From Clostridia bacterium (GTDB lineage Bacteria > Bacillota > Clostridia > Christensenellales > UBA1242), in assembly GCA_016297915.1 (NCBI GenBank), contig JAEDFU010000004.1, forward strand, positions 1,544-65,543: DNA of 64,000 nt, in the 5' to 3' direction. A program made the position numbers and the translations under genes. The notes under the pieces were generated by a model, which saw only the letters and a program-made list of their open reading frames with translations, made no database searches and was not told the DNA's origin. Of the stretch, positions 9,850 to 19,172 are shown piece after piece; the stretch's first letter is position 1, and every line of letters starts with the position of its first letter.

Positions 9850-11847
9850 TTATACAATAGATAATATTTTGTCACGATTTTTTTTGATAACACTTATTAT
9901 ATCCTTGCAAATACATTCTGCAGTCAAGCCAAACTTAGCATATAACTCGGCAGGTTTGGCACTTCCGCCAAAGTCATCAACTCCATAGCATTTGCCATAC
10001 TTTCCAACAAATTTGTACCAACCAGAAGTAGCTCCAGCTTCGATACTAAATATCGACTTCATTTGATTTGGAATTATGCTATTTTGATATTTTTCGGATT
10101 GACTCTCAAATAGTTCGACACAAGGCATTGATACTACTCTTATGTTGTAGCCTTTGGTCTTACACATTTCCTTAACTTCAAGTGCAAGAGAAACCTCACT
10201 GCCTGTTGCAATGATAACTCCGTTGAGTTCTCCTCTATCTTCCTTAGACAAAATGTATCCGCCGAATTTGGCGTCACTCAAATCACTCTCAAAGTCTCTC
10301 AAATTTTGTCTTGAAAGGATTATGTTGCTAGGCTTTTGCGAAGTGAGAGCAATTTGAAAACTTGCCTTAGTTTCAACCAAATTTGCTGGTCTAAAGGTGT
10401 ACATATTTGGAATACATCTAAGAGTCCAAAGTTGTTCGCAAGGCTCATGTGTAGCTCCGTCCTCGCCTACTGCAATACTATCATGAGTAAAGACCGAAAT
10501 ACATTTAAGTCCCATAATCGCTCTAAGTCTTAGTGATGCTTTCATGTAGTCACTAAAGGACAAAAATGTACTATCTATAGGCACTAATCCTCCATACAAG
10601 GCAATTCCGTTTGATATACAGCCCATTGCAAATTCTCTAATGCCAAATTTGATATTTCTACCAGAAAAGTTTTCGTTTATTGCGCATGAATCATTATACT
10701 TAACCTTAGTACTAGAACTCAAATCTGCCGAACCGCAAATGATATTCTGATAACTCTTGCATAGTTCTTGCAAGACTAAATTTCCAAGGTCTCTTCCGGA
10801 CAAGTCTTTGTTTGTCTCGATATCTGCAAGCATCAAATCAATGTTATCAAACTTGTTATTCAAAAATTGTTGTAATAATTTGTAATCTCCTGGATATGCA
10901 CGAGAATAAACTTTTAGTTTTTCTTTGGTGTTTTTCTTGAAGGTATCAAATCTCTTTTTTAAGAATACAAAGTCTCTTGCAACATCTTTGTCGAGTTCAA
11001 ATGGTTTAGAGTTTATTTCTAATTTTTCTCTTAGCAACCTAACATTTTCACTACCAAGTAGGCTTCCGTGAGACTTGTTGCTGTCTTGCAATACACTACC
11101 AAAGCCAATATGAGTATTGATCTGAATAAAACTAGGTTTGTCTTTGCTCTTTTTTGCAAGCAAAATTGCTTGGGTAATTTGTTCGACATCATTGCCGTCA
11201 GCAACTTCGATTGTATTAAAGCCAAGGCTTTGCATATACGCCAATGTATTTTGACCCATAACGCCAGAGATATCGCTATCTAGAGTTACTTTGTTGCAGT
11301 CATACAAAACTGTTAGCTTATTTAGCCCCAAAGTTCCAGCCAAGCTCAAAGCCTCATAGCTAACACCTTCCATCAGACACCCCTCACCAACGAGTGCATA
11401 GGTGTAATTATCAAAGAGTGTAAGGTCTGGCTTATTGAACTTAGTTGCCATGATTTTTTGAGCAATAGCAAGCCCAACAGCAGTAGCAACGCCCTGTCCC
11501 AAAGGCCCAGTTGTTGCATCAACACCCGGAACCAAACCAACCTCAGGGTGTCCCGGAGTAATAGAGCCTAGTTTTCTAAATTTCCTAAGATCATCCATTG
11601 AAATTCCAAAGCCAAAAGCGTGCAAAGTAGCATACAAAATACTACTTCCATGCCCTGCGGACATGACAAATCTATCTCGAAAAATATTTTTGTCGTCATC
11701 TGGGATAACATTCAAAATCTTGGAATATAGACTATATAGAATTGGTGCAGAGCCTAGAGCAATCCCTGGGTGTCCACTACCTGCCTCTTCTATCATATCT
11801 ATTGCAAGTATTCTCAAACTATTAACATTTTTATTTTCCAAATCCAT
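9850..11847 (-). CDS. tkt: transketolase
   Basis: 665 aa. GHPGIALGSAPILYSLY, TPP-binding GEGCLMEGVSYEA and the C-terminal transketolase domain. Confidence 0.93.
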   Translation of the reverse strand: MDLENKNVNSLRILAIDMIEEAGSGHPGIALGSAPILYSLYSKILNVIPDDDKNIFRDRFVMSAGHGSSILYATLHAFGFGISMDDLRKFRKLGSITPGHPEVGLVPGVDATTGPLGQGVATAVGLAIAQKIMATKFNKPDLTLFDNYTYALVGEGCLMEGVSYEALSLAGTLGLNKLTVLYDCNKVTLDSDISGVMGQNTLAYMQSLGFNTIEVADGNDVEQITQAILLAKKSKDKPSFIQINTHIGFGSVLQDSNKSHGSLLGSENVRLLREKLEINSKPFELDKDVARDFVFLKKRFDTFKKNTKEKLKVYSRAYPGDYKLLQQFLNNKFDNIDLMLADIETNKDLSGRDLGNLVLQELCKSYQNIICGSADLSSSTKVKYNDSCAINENFSGRNIKFGIREFAMGCISNGIALYGGLVPIDSTFLSFSDYMKASLRLRAIMGLKCISVFTHDSIAVGEDGATHEPCEQLWTLRCIPNMYTFRPANLVETKASFQIALTSQKPSNIILSRQNLRDFESDLSDAKFGGYILSKEDRGELNGVIIATGSEVSLALEVKEMCKTKGYNIRVVSMPCVELFESQSEKYQNSIIPNQMKSIFSIEAGATSGWYKFVGKYGKCYGVDDFGGSAKPAELYAKFGLTAECICKDIISVIKKNRDKILSIV

Positions 11848-11862
11848 TTCTACTTTTCCTCA

Positions 11863-12372
11863 TTATCCATAAAATTTAACGATTTCTTCCAAGAACTTAT
11901 CCAACAAATCCTTGCCTGATAATTCTCCGCAATCGATAATCAAGTCAGATTTTTTTTCACAAATAAAATTTCTGTCATCAAACAAATCCCAATTAATAAT
12001 CTTAACACTATCGGATAAGTTCTCACTATCTTGAATTTTTTTGTATCTATCTTTTGATAATTTCAAGTATACAATTACGCAACTATTTTTGATATATGTA
12101 TAGTTTATATCTTTGTTAAGCAAGCTATACTCAACATTCAATACTGTATCTTCGTATGTACAAATACGCTTGAGTATTGATGACTCTTTTCTCTCCAAGT
12201 AATCCTTGCCACAAACATCTTCCATTTTTGCCATATCAAAGAGTTCAAACTCAATAATTTTTGCTACATTAGCATAATACATTTCCAATTTTTTAGATAA
12301 GTCTAAGCCAAACTGGTCAACAAATTGGTTTGATAAGCCAATAAGGCATATATTCGCTTTTGGCATTAACAT
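11863..12372 (-). CDS. shikimate-kinase-fold protein with degenerate catalytic motifs (probable pseudoenzyme)
   Basis: Colinear with AroK (NICLIG..., VIVYLKLSKD). Walker A is GLSNQFVD instead of GxxGxGKS/T. The DxD and GGG shikimate-binding motifs are absent. Confidence 0.45.
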   Translation of the reverse strand: MLMPKANICLIGLSNQFVDQFGLDLSKKLEMYYANVAKIIEFELFDMAKMEDVCGKDYLERKESSILKRICTYEDTVLNVEYSLLNKDINYTYIKNSCVIVYLKLSKDRYKKIQDSENLSDSVKIINWDLFDDRNFICEKKSDLIIDCGELSGKDLLDKFLEEIVKFYG

Positions 12373-12518
12373 TCCTCCCCAGTTAGATTACATATTTTGC
12401 TCGTGCAACCTATTAATTTCCCAATCTAACATTTATTTTTATTTAGCAATACCATATTTTGATTGTACAATAATTTTACAAGTTTTACAATAGTATTTAG
12501 TCAAAAATTCAAATTTCT

Positions 12519-13664
12519 TTAACTTTTTGCACTCCTATTTTGGTTCTCACTCGCCAAGTATTTCTCAAATTGTTTGTTTTGAACTTTGAACCTATAATTT
12601 TTCTTCCAAACCTTGATGTATGGGCTAATTATTATCCAAATAATAAACACAGAAAATATCAAAGTATAAATCCAATAATCAACAAAATTATAATTATCAA
12701 TATTTTTGACGCAGTCAACTTGAATATCTTTTTTGAGCGTACAAACTACATTGCCAGACTCCAAGGTTGAATAATAATTATCAAACAAATCTGTATTGTT
12801 TGCTTTGTCGTAATCCAATATTCTTTTGATTGTTTCGTTTGCTGGATGACCATAAGTATTTACACCACAGCTAGCAACGGCAATTTTGGGACTTGTTATA
12901 CTTAAAAATTCAGTTGTATTTGAATACTTGCTTCCGTGGTGAGATAGTTTTAGAATGTCCACATCAAGAACTTCGCTATATTGCGAGATAAGTTCCCTCT
13001 CAATATCTTCGGATATATCTCCAGCAAGGAGAACCCTTACATCATTATCCTCGATTATGATAGTTGGAGAATAATCATTTGTTGACGATAGTTCACCTAT
13101 GTTTGCAGTATCTAGAGTTGTTAACATTCTGATTGTTACATCGCCGTCAGTTATATATTCGGATGTATTAAACTTAACACATATATCTTTGCTTACAAGA
13201 GTCTTTAATAATTGTCTATAAGTATAATTTTCACAACTTGGCTCGCAGTTTTCGTAAATCTCAAAAATCGCCGGTCTATAAAATGTGCCAACTTTGTAAT
13301 TTTCGAGAATATAATTCATGTTTCCACTATGGTCAACATCAGGGTGAGTCAAAACAACATAATCAATTGTCTTGGAATTTTGGAGAACGACATTATCTAG
13401 ATAATATTTTAGTTTGTGACAGTATTCCTTTGTGCCACTATCTACAAGCATTGTCTTGCCGTTTGAAAATTTGATTGCTATAGCGTCGCCTTGACCAACA
13501 TCTACAAAATGCACTTGTGTTTCAAAACTCTTTGGAATGTTTGGACGAATATGTAGAAAAATCTCAAGACTATAGGAGAATATATTTGAAAACATCAAAA
13601 GAACTAGCATTGCTATCAAAATTATGTTAACCCAAAGTCTTTTTTCTTTTGTATTAGTCATCAA
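12519..13664 (-). CDS. ComEC/Rec2-related metallo-beta-lactamase-fold protein, membrane anchored
   Basis: VHFVDVGQGDAIAI, LTHPDVDHSGN and LKLSHHGS motifs of the ComEC C-terminal MBL domain. N- and C-terminal TM helices. No ComEC channel domain. Confidence 0.7.
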   Translation of the reverse strand: MMTNTKEKRLWVNIILIAMLVLLMFSNIFSYSLEIFLHIRPNIPKSFETQVHFVDVGQGDAIAIKFSNGKTMLVDSGTKEYCHKLKYYLDNVVLQNSKTIDYVVLTHPDVDHSGNMNYILENYKVGTFYRPAIFEIYENCEPSCENYTYRQLLKTLVSKDICVKFNTSEYITDGDVTIRMLTTLDTANIGELSSTNDYSPTIIIEDNDVRVLLAGDISEDIERELISQYSEVLDVDILKLSHHGSKYSNTTEFLSITSPKIAVASCGVNTYGHPANETIKRILDYDKANNTDLFDNYYSTLESGNVVCTLKKDIQVDCVKNIDNYNFVDYWIYTLIFSVFIIWIIISPYIKVWKKNYRFKVQNKQFEKYLASENQNRSAKS

Positions 13665-14499
13665 TAAATTTTTTAAAACTCCACCAATGTTTTTTTAGTT
13701 TTTTCCTGCGAAACAAACTCTTGATTTGAGGAATCATAGCTTTGGTAGCCTTGTAGCCCTCATCTATCATCTCAAGCATGCCTGTTGTTTTGGATGCACT
13801 AAATCTCTTTAAATCAGGTTTTATCATAATATCCGAGTTTAGATAGCCTTTGATTGCATTACTCTTCATCATAACTCCAACACTGGTCACGAGCAAATCA
13901 AGGTATTTTTTTGATGTTGTTCCATTGCCTCGAGTTGAATTAATATCAATTGAAACAACAGCATCACATCCAAGTTTTCGCAAAACATCGGCAGGAATAG
14001 TATTTTGGAGACCTCCGTCAAATAGCACCTTATCCTCAAACTCAACAGCATTAAATACTGTTGGCACTGCACAACTGCCTGCCAAGGCCTTGCAAAGTCT
14101 ACCCTTGGTGATATCTACTTCGTTGCCCGAAACCATATCAACAGCAACGGCACAAAATGGAGTTTTTAGATCCTCAACATTGATGTCGCCCATAGTATTT
14201 ATAATAATCTTTTCGATTGCCTCGGTTGAACTTGGCATAAATGGAATCAAATTTTTTCGAACATCTTTGACTTTGAGTTTGGTTGCAATATCTAACATTT
14301 CCTGACTAGTAAGCCCATAAGCGAGCATTGCACCCACAACTGAGCCTATAGATGTGCCACTTATGTAGTCAAATTTGATATTCTCCTCCTCAAGTGCCTT
14401 AACGACACCAATAAGTGCAAAACCCCTTGCACCTCCACCACCCAGAGCAAGTCCAATTTTGCGATATTTTTTTAGTTTTGGAGCAACCAATATTTCCAT
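13654..14499 (-). CDS. patatin-like phospholipase
   Basis: GGGGARG oxyanion motif, GTSIGS nucleophile elbow and a DGG motif. I prefer ATG 14499 (AAAGGTG SD upstream) to the ORF-track start 14553. Its 3' end overlaps the downstream MBL gene by 11 nt. Confidence 0.8.
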   Translation of the reverse strand: MEILVAPKLKKYRKIGLALGGGGARGFALIGVVKALEEENIKFDYISGTSIGSVVGAMLAYGLTSQEMLDIATKLKVKDVRKNLIPFMPSSTEAIEKIIINTMGDINVEDLKTPFCAVAVDMVSGNEVDITKGRLCKALAGSCAVPTVFNAVEFEDKVLFDGGLQNTIPADVLRKLGCDAVVSIDINSTRGNGTTSKKYLDLLVTSVGVMMKSNAIKGYLNSDIMIKPDLKRFSASKTTGMLEMIDEGYKATKAMIPQIKSLFRRKKLKKHWWSFKKFIDD

Positions 14500-14680
14500 A
14501 CACCACACCTTTGTCTTGAGCTTTCGTACAGTAAGTTTCATAGTGACGAGCAAAACACCCTCAAGACTCCCTAAAAACTACTCATCCTATAAAATAATTA
14601 TATACAAAAAATGTTTTCAAAACAAACAAATTTACATCAAAGCTTACTTTTTATATTTTAAAAAGTATTTCCAAAATTAA

Positions 14681-14709
14681 TTGAAAAAATGCAGAGTTTG
14701 TTATATAAT
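14681..14709 (+). promoter_or_regulatory. sigma-70-type promoter of ung
   Basis: TTGAAA (14681-14686), 17-nt spacer, TATAAT (14704-14709). GAGGAA SD before ATG 14733. Confidence 0.65.
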
Positions 14710-14732
14710 TAACAAAAGCGAGGAACAAAAGA

Positions 14733-15410
14733 ATGTTTGTAATCAAGAAAAACTGGTTTGATTTATTAAAGAGTGAATTTGAAACCCCTAGTTACAAAAA
14801 TCTAGAAAAATGGCTAAATCACGAATATCAGACCAAAATTATTTATCCAAAACCAGAAAATGTGTTTAACGCACTCAATTTGGTTCAATATGATGATGTC
14901 AAGGTAGTGATTATTGGTCAAGACCCCTATCACAACCCAAATCAAGCACACGGACTGTCTTTTTCGGTTGAAAAAGATGTAGCAATTCCTCCGTCGCTTC
15001 AAAATATTTACAAAGAACTAAATAGTGATTTGGGATGTTATATTCCTAATAATGGAAATTTGACCAAATGGGCAAAGCAAGGCGTACTGCTACTCAACAG
15101 TGTACTTACTGTTGAGCAAAACAAACCAAACAGCCACAAAAACAAAGGCTGGGAGCAGATTACTAGCAAAGTGGTCAGTTTGCTGAATGAAAGAAAAAAC
15201 CCTGTTGTATTTTTGCTCTGGGGATCTAATGCCAAAGCAATCGGAAAAAATATTGATACAACCAAGCACTATGTCTTGACAGCTGTTCACCCAAGCCCAA
15301 TGAGTGCCAATCAAGGCGGTTGGTTTGGATGCAAACATTTTAGCAAAACAAATGAGATTTTAAAGAGCCTAGGCAAAACACCTATCGACTGGCAAATTGA
15401 AAATATCTAA
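14733..15410 (+). CDS. ung: uracil-DNA glycosylase (family 1)
   Basis: GQDPYHNPNQAHGLSFSV and HPSPMSA motifs; 225 aa. Confidence 0.93.
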   Translation: MFVIKKNWFDLLKSEFETPSYKNLEKWLNHEYQTKIIYPKPENVFNALNLVQYDDVKVVIIGQDPYHNPNQAHGLSFSVEKDVAIPPSLQNIYKELNSDLGCYIPNNGNLTKWAKQGVLLLNSVLTVEQNKPNSHKNKGWEQITSKVVSLLNERKNPVVFLLWGSNAKAIGKNIDTTKHYVLTAVHPSPMSANQGGWFGCKHFSKTNEILKSLGKTPIDWQIENI

Positions 15411-15414
15411 ATAA

Positions 15415-15443
15415 GCAGGCACTAGTATTGCCTACTTTTTTTT
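15415..15443 (+). terminator. rho-independent terminator of ung
   Basis: Stem GCAGGCA / TGCCTAC followed by an 8-T run. Confidence 0.6.
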
Positions 15444-15514
15444 GATACAGGGGTATTTACAAACGACTCAAATTATAGTAAAATATATTTGATTAATTTT
15501 ACAGGAGAAAACTT

Positions 15515-16099
15515 ATGAGTAGGATGTTATCTGTGTTTACCGAAATAGTACTCCCTATTTTGATATTAGCTGTAGGAATAGCACTATCAATTATTTTGTA
15601 CAAACATTTGCAAAAAAAATTTAGCCACCCTGTAACCCCCTCTTATCAAAAAAACTCAACACCGCAAGTCAAGCTAAAAGAAAACTATTGTACCGAACAG
15701 GAAATGGTTTTTTTGAACGCACTCCACAAGGCACTACCTAGAGACTGTATATCTTTTCCAAATGTTGGAGTTTCAAAATTAATTGAACCCAAGGGCAATC
15801 TTGTTGACTACAAATCTGTAATAGATAAGTATGTGGATGTATGTGTATTTTTGCGAAAAGGAATGAAACCAATTTTGGTGATAGACTTATTTGAACCAAG
15901 TCCAGTAGCTCAGCAACTCAAGAAGTTTGATGACAATGTTTTGGCTGTACTCAATGAAGTCAAAATTCCAGTAATGCACAAACAAATACAAAACGAATAC
16001 AACATTGAGGAACTAAAAATAGAAGTTTTGCAAAAAATGAACAATTCAACAGTCGCTTATTTAAAAGACAAAATATTGGACGAAGTAAACAAAAAATAG
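15515..16099 (+). CDS. membrane-anchored DUF2726-like (nuclease-fold) protein
   Basis: N-terminal TM helix. E(Q)EMVFLNALHKALP...VDVCVF pattern resembles DUF2726. Recognised by eye only. Confidence 0.4.
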   Translation: MSRMLSVFTEIVLPILILAVGIALSIILYKHLQKKFSHPVTPSYQKNSTPQVKLKENYCTEQEMVFLNALHKALPRDCISFPNVGVSKLIEPKGNLVDYKSVIDKYVDVCVFLRKGMKPILVIDLFEPSPVAQQLKKFDDNVLAVLNEVKIPVMHKQIQNEYNIEELKIEVLQKMNNSTVAYLKDKILDEVNKK

Positions 16100-16132
16100 A
16101 TTGTAATTGTCAAAAAACTATATACAAATGTC

Positions 16133-16160
16133 AAAAGCACAAGATTTCTTGTGCTTTTTT
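16133..16160. terminator. bidirectional terminator between the DUF2726-like gene and glmM
   Basis: Perfect 10-bp stem AAAGCACAAG (16134-16143) / CTTGTGCTTT (16148-16157), flanked by an A-run and a T-run. Confidence 0.8.
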
Positions 16161-16161
16161 A

Positions 16162-17481
16162 CTATTTAATATCTAGTATCAATTTTTCTATTTTTTGTAT
16201 CAAGAGTATATTTTCAAATTCACTAGGACCTTCGACATATATTCTAATCATTGGTTCAGTGCCACTAGGTCTTACAACTATTCGTGCGTTTGGATTATCA
16301 ATTTGAAGTCTTTTTAATTGATTTTTAATATTCTCGTTTTTGTCCCAAGATGTGCGAACATGCTGAGAAACTGGAATATTTTTGATAGTACTTGGATACT
16401 TATATAAATCTTTGAGTAGTCCCGAAATATCTAGATTATTATCAACAATAATTTTGAGCAAATACAAACAATTGAACAATGCATCACATGTGGTGTTATG
16501 TTCATATAAGCAGATATGCCCCGACGGCTCACCTCCGACTATCAATCGTTTTTTGCCAAGCATACCTATTACATTCTTGTCTCCAACATTACATCTAATT
16601 AGATTGATACCCTGCTTTTTGAGTGATTGTTCTAGACCCATATTTGACATGATTGTTCCAACAACTGTAAGACTATTCAATTTGTTTCGTTGTTTGAAAT
16701 ACATTGCCAAAACATAAAGCAAATCATCTCCGTCTAGAATTGTGCCGTTTTTGAGAATTAATCTAAGTCTATCGCCGTCACCATCAAAAGCTATTCCATA
16801 GTCGGCTTTGTGTCTCAAAACTTCTGCTTTTAGATTTTCTACATGATTAGCCCCACAATTATTATTTATGTTTGCACCATCGTTATCACATGATATTTTG
16901 ATAACATTTGCTCCAAGTGACTTAAAAACATGTGGAGCAACATTGTAATTTGAGCCATTAGCACAATCAACAACAAGAGTAATATTTTCAAGATTACACT
17001 TACATTCGCTTTTTAAATAATCAGTATAAACTGTAGGCATAATATTATCAAAAGTAATTGTTCCCTTGGTTTTGCTTGGCCTTAATCTGGAATTTATGTA
17101 ACTATCTATCTCAATTTCATCTGTTTTTCCAAGTTTTGTGCCAATATTAGAAAAAATCTTAACGCCATTATACGAATAATCATTGTGTGAAGCTGTTATC
17201 ATAACCCCTCCACCAACTACTGTTTTTGACACCAAAAAAGAAATCATAGGAGTTGATACAACTCCTACATAAACAACATCAACTCCATAATCACTAAGTC
17301 CTGCAGCTATTGCCGAAAAATATGTATCTCCACTGGTTCTTGTGTCTTTGCCAACAATAACCAACTTTTTTAGATTGTGATTATCTATATATTTTGCATA
17401 AGCCTTGCCTACATTGTATACAAGTTTTGAATTAATACTTTTGTCAACTATTCCTCTAATTCCATCTGTTCCAAATATCAT
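16162..17481 (-). CDS. glmM: phosphoglucosamine mutase
   Basis: MIFGTDGIRG, phosphoserine loop TASHNDYSYNGVK, metal site FDGDGDR. Confidence 0.92.
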   Translation of the reverse strand: MIFGTDGIRGIVDKSINSKLVYNVGKAYAKYIDNHNLKKLVIVGKDTRTSGDTYFSAIAAGLSDYGVDVVYVGVVSTPMISFLVSKTVVGGGVMITASHNDYSYNGVKIFSNIGTKLGKTDEIEIDSYINSRLRPSKTKGTITFDNIMPTVYTDYLKSECKCNLENITLVVDCANGSNYNVAPHVFKSLGANVIKISCDNDGANINNNCGANHVENLKAEVLRHKADYGIAFDGDGDRLRLILKNGTILDGDDLLYVLAMYFKQRNKLNSLTVVGTIMSNMGLEQSLKKQGINLIRCNVGDKNVIGMLGKKRLIVGGEPSGHICLYEHNTTCDALFNCLYLLKIIVDNNLDISGLLKDLYKYPSTIKNIPVSQHVRTSWDKNENIKNQLKRLQIDNPNARIVVRPSGTEPMIRIYVEGPSEFENILLIQKIEKLILDIK

Positions 17482-17527
17482 AAAAAAACAACCCCTAATT
17501 ATTAATATGATTAGAAGTCGTTTTAAG

Positions 17528-18403
17528 TTAAAACTTTGGATGTAAATTATTTAAAAATTTGATAGCTTCACTACTTGCAATCGCACCATCACTACAAGCA
17601 GTAATAATTTGTCTAAGTGATTTTTTCCTAATATCGCCAGCTACAAAAACATTGTTTATATTTGTGTGCATTACCTCATCTGTCAACAAAAATGTCCCGT
17701 CATTTGCTAATTTTTCTTTGTACAAATCAATATTTGTTTCTTTGCCTAAATCCACAAAAATTCCATCACATTGAATTTGTTTTTCGCTAATTCCAACTAT
17801 GCATTTAACTCCACTGAGTCGCATGTCACCACCAGTTATCTCAATAGGTTTTACATTACTATAATGCTCATAATCAGGATTATCAAAACCATTAGACAAA
17901 TCTAGCACGATTAAATCATTTGTTATGCTAGACAAATATTTAATAGAATTAAGAGCTGAGTTGTTTTTTGTAAAGACAACAAGCTTTTTATTCTTATACA
18001 GACTGCCATCGCATACAGCACAATAGCTCAGTCCATGCAATTTATATTTATCCTCGTTTGCAATATTTAGTCGTTTTGGTGATGTTCCTGATGCAATAAT
18101 TAGAGTTTTGTATTCAATACGATTAGTGTCAGTAATTAATGTGTTTTTGTCAAAATCTATCGCTTTTATATCATCAAACTCAAAGTTTACGCCGAATTTG
18201 ACGCATTGCTCATACATTTTTTGTACCAAATCAAAGCCGTCAATTTTATCAAATCCGGGATAGTTTTCGATATCTTTGAGACTTGCGGTTGTTCCACCCA
18301 AATAATTTTGTTCAATAATCAAAACCGATTTATTTGATCTTGCCGAATAAATACCTGCGGTCAGTCCTGCTACGCCACTGCCAATTATAACTATATCAAA
18401 CAT
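17528..18403 (-). CDS. thioredoxin-reductase-like flavoprotein lacking NADPH-binding motifs
   Basis: FAD motif IIGSGVAGLTAG, redox-active CAVC, C-terminal FAD motif FVAGD. Canonical GGGNSA and HRRDxxRA are replaced by TKNNSA and DLSNGFDN. Confidence 0.7.
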   Translation of the reverse strand: MFDIVIIGSGVAGLTAGIYSARSNKSVLIIEQNYLGGTTASLKDIENYPGFDKIDGFDLVQKMYEQCVKFGVNFEFDDIKAIDFDKNTLITDTNRIEYKTLIIASGTSPKRLNIANEDKYKLHGLSYCAVCDGSLYKNKKLVVFTKNNSALNSIKYLSSITNDLIVLDLSNGFDNPDYEHYSNVKPIEITGGDMRLSGVKCIVGISEKQIQCDGIFVDLGKETNIDLYKEKLANDGTFLLTDEVMHTNINNVFVAGDIRKKSLRQIITACSDGAIASSEAIKFLNNLHPKF

Positions 18404-18603
18404 ACTTAATCCTCCTATTGCATAGTATTATGCAACTACCAAATTAGTCGCTACAAATACAAATTTTTTGTCAATTTATTATCGCCTACAACATGTTTAT
18501 TATTTGTTTCAAAATTCATATAACAAAGTATACTTGAGAATGTAAAAATGTGAAAGTTTAACTTATAATATTTTGTACATTATATCAAAATTTTTTCAAA
18601 AAG

Positions 18604-18638
18604 TAAAAAAAGTTGGCAACTTAATCCAACTTTTTTTA
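18604..18638 (-). terminator. terminator of the alpha operon (after rplQ)
   Basis: Stem AAAGTTGG / CCAACTTT with flanking A- and T-runs, directly after the rplQ stop. Confidence 0.75.
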
Positions 18639-18648
18639 AAACAAATAA

Positions 18649-19152
18649 TTAAACTAATTCAATGATTGCCATTTCAGCGTTGTCACCGTTTCTTGTACCA
18701 AGTTTAACAATTCTTGTATATCCACCGCCAGTACCAAGAGTTTCTTTTCTCTTAGCATATTTAGGAGCATAAACATTAAATATTTTCTCGATAAGAGGGT
18801 GCTTAATATCTGCTGTACGCTTAACAAAATCTGCTTTGGATTCTTTTTCGGCTCTAACTTCTTGAATGTCATACAATTTGCTCATCATATCGCGTCTAGC
18901 AGCCAATTTCTTTGTACCATCGTTGATAACTTCTCTTTGAGTTTTTACGCCTTTAGCATCAACAGTAGTTTTAGTTGTTTTTACAACATCCTCATATGTA
19001 TTGATAGCTTTAGTAATAATTTTTTCAGCATAAATTCTTACTTCTTTTGCTTTTTCAAGAGTAGTTTCAATTTTTCCATACCAAAGAAGATTTGTAGCAA
19101 GACTACGCATAACAGCCATTCTTTCGTCTGTAGGTCTATTTAATTTTCTCAT
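18649..19152 (-). CDS. rplQ: 50S ribosomal protein L17 (long form, about 45-aa internal insertion)
   Basis: N-terminus RKLNRPTDERMAVMRSLATNL and C-terminus GGYTRIVKLGTRNGDNAEMAIIELV. Confidence 0.9.
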   Translation of the reverse strand: MRKLNRPTDERMAVMRSLATNLLWYGKIETTLEKAKEVRIYAEKIITKAINTYEDVVKTTKTTVDAKGVKTQREVINDGTKKLAARRDMMSKLYDIQEVRAEKESKADFVKRTADIKHPLIEKIFNVYAPKYAKRKETLGTGGGYTRIVKLGTRNGDNAEMAIIELV

Positions 19153-19172
19153 TATACAAATTCTCCCTTAAA

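Noticed and set aside
13850-14305. 151-aa ORF on the plus strand
   Set aside because: Antisense to the patatin gene, which carries all catalytic motifs.
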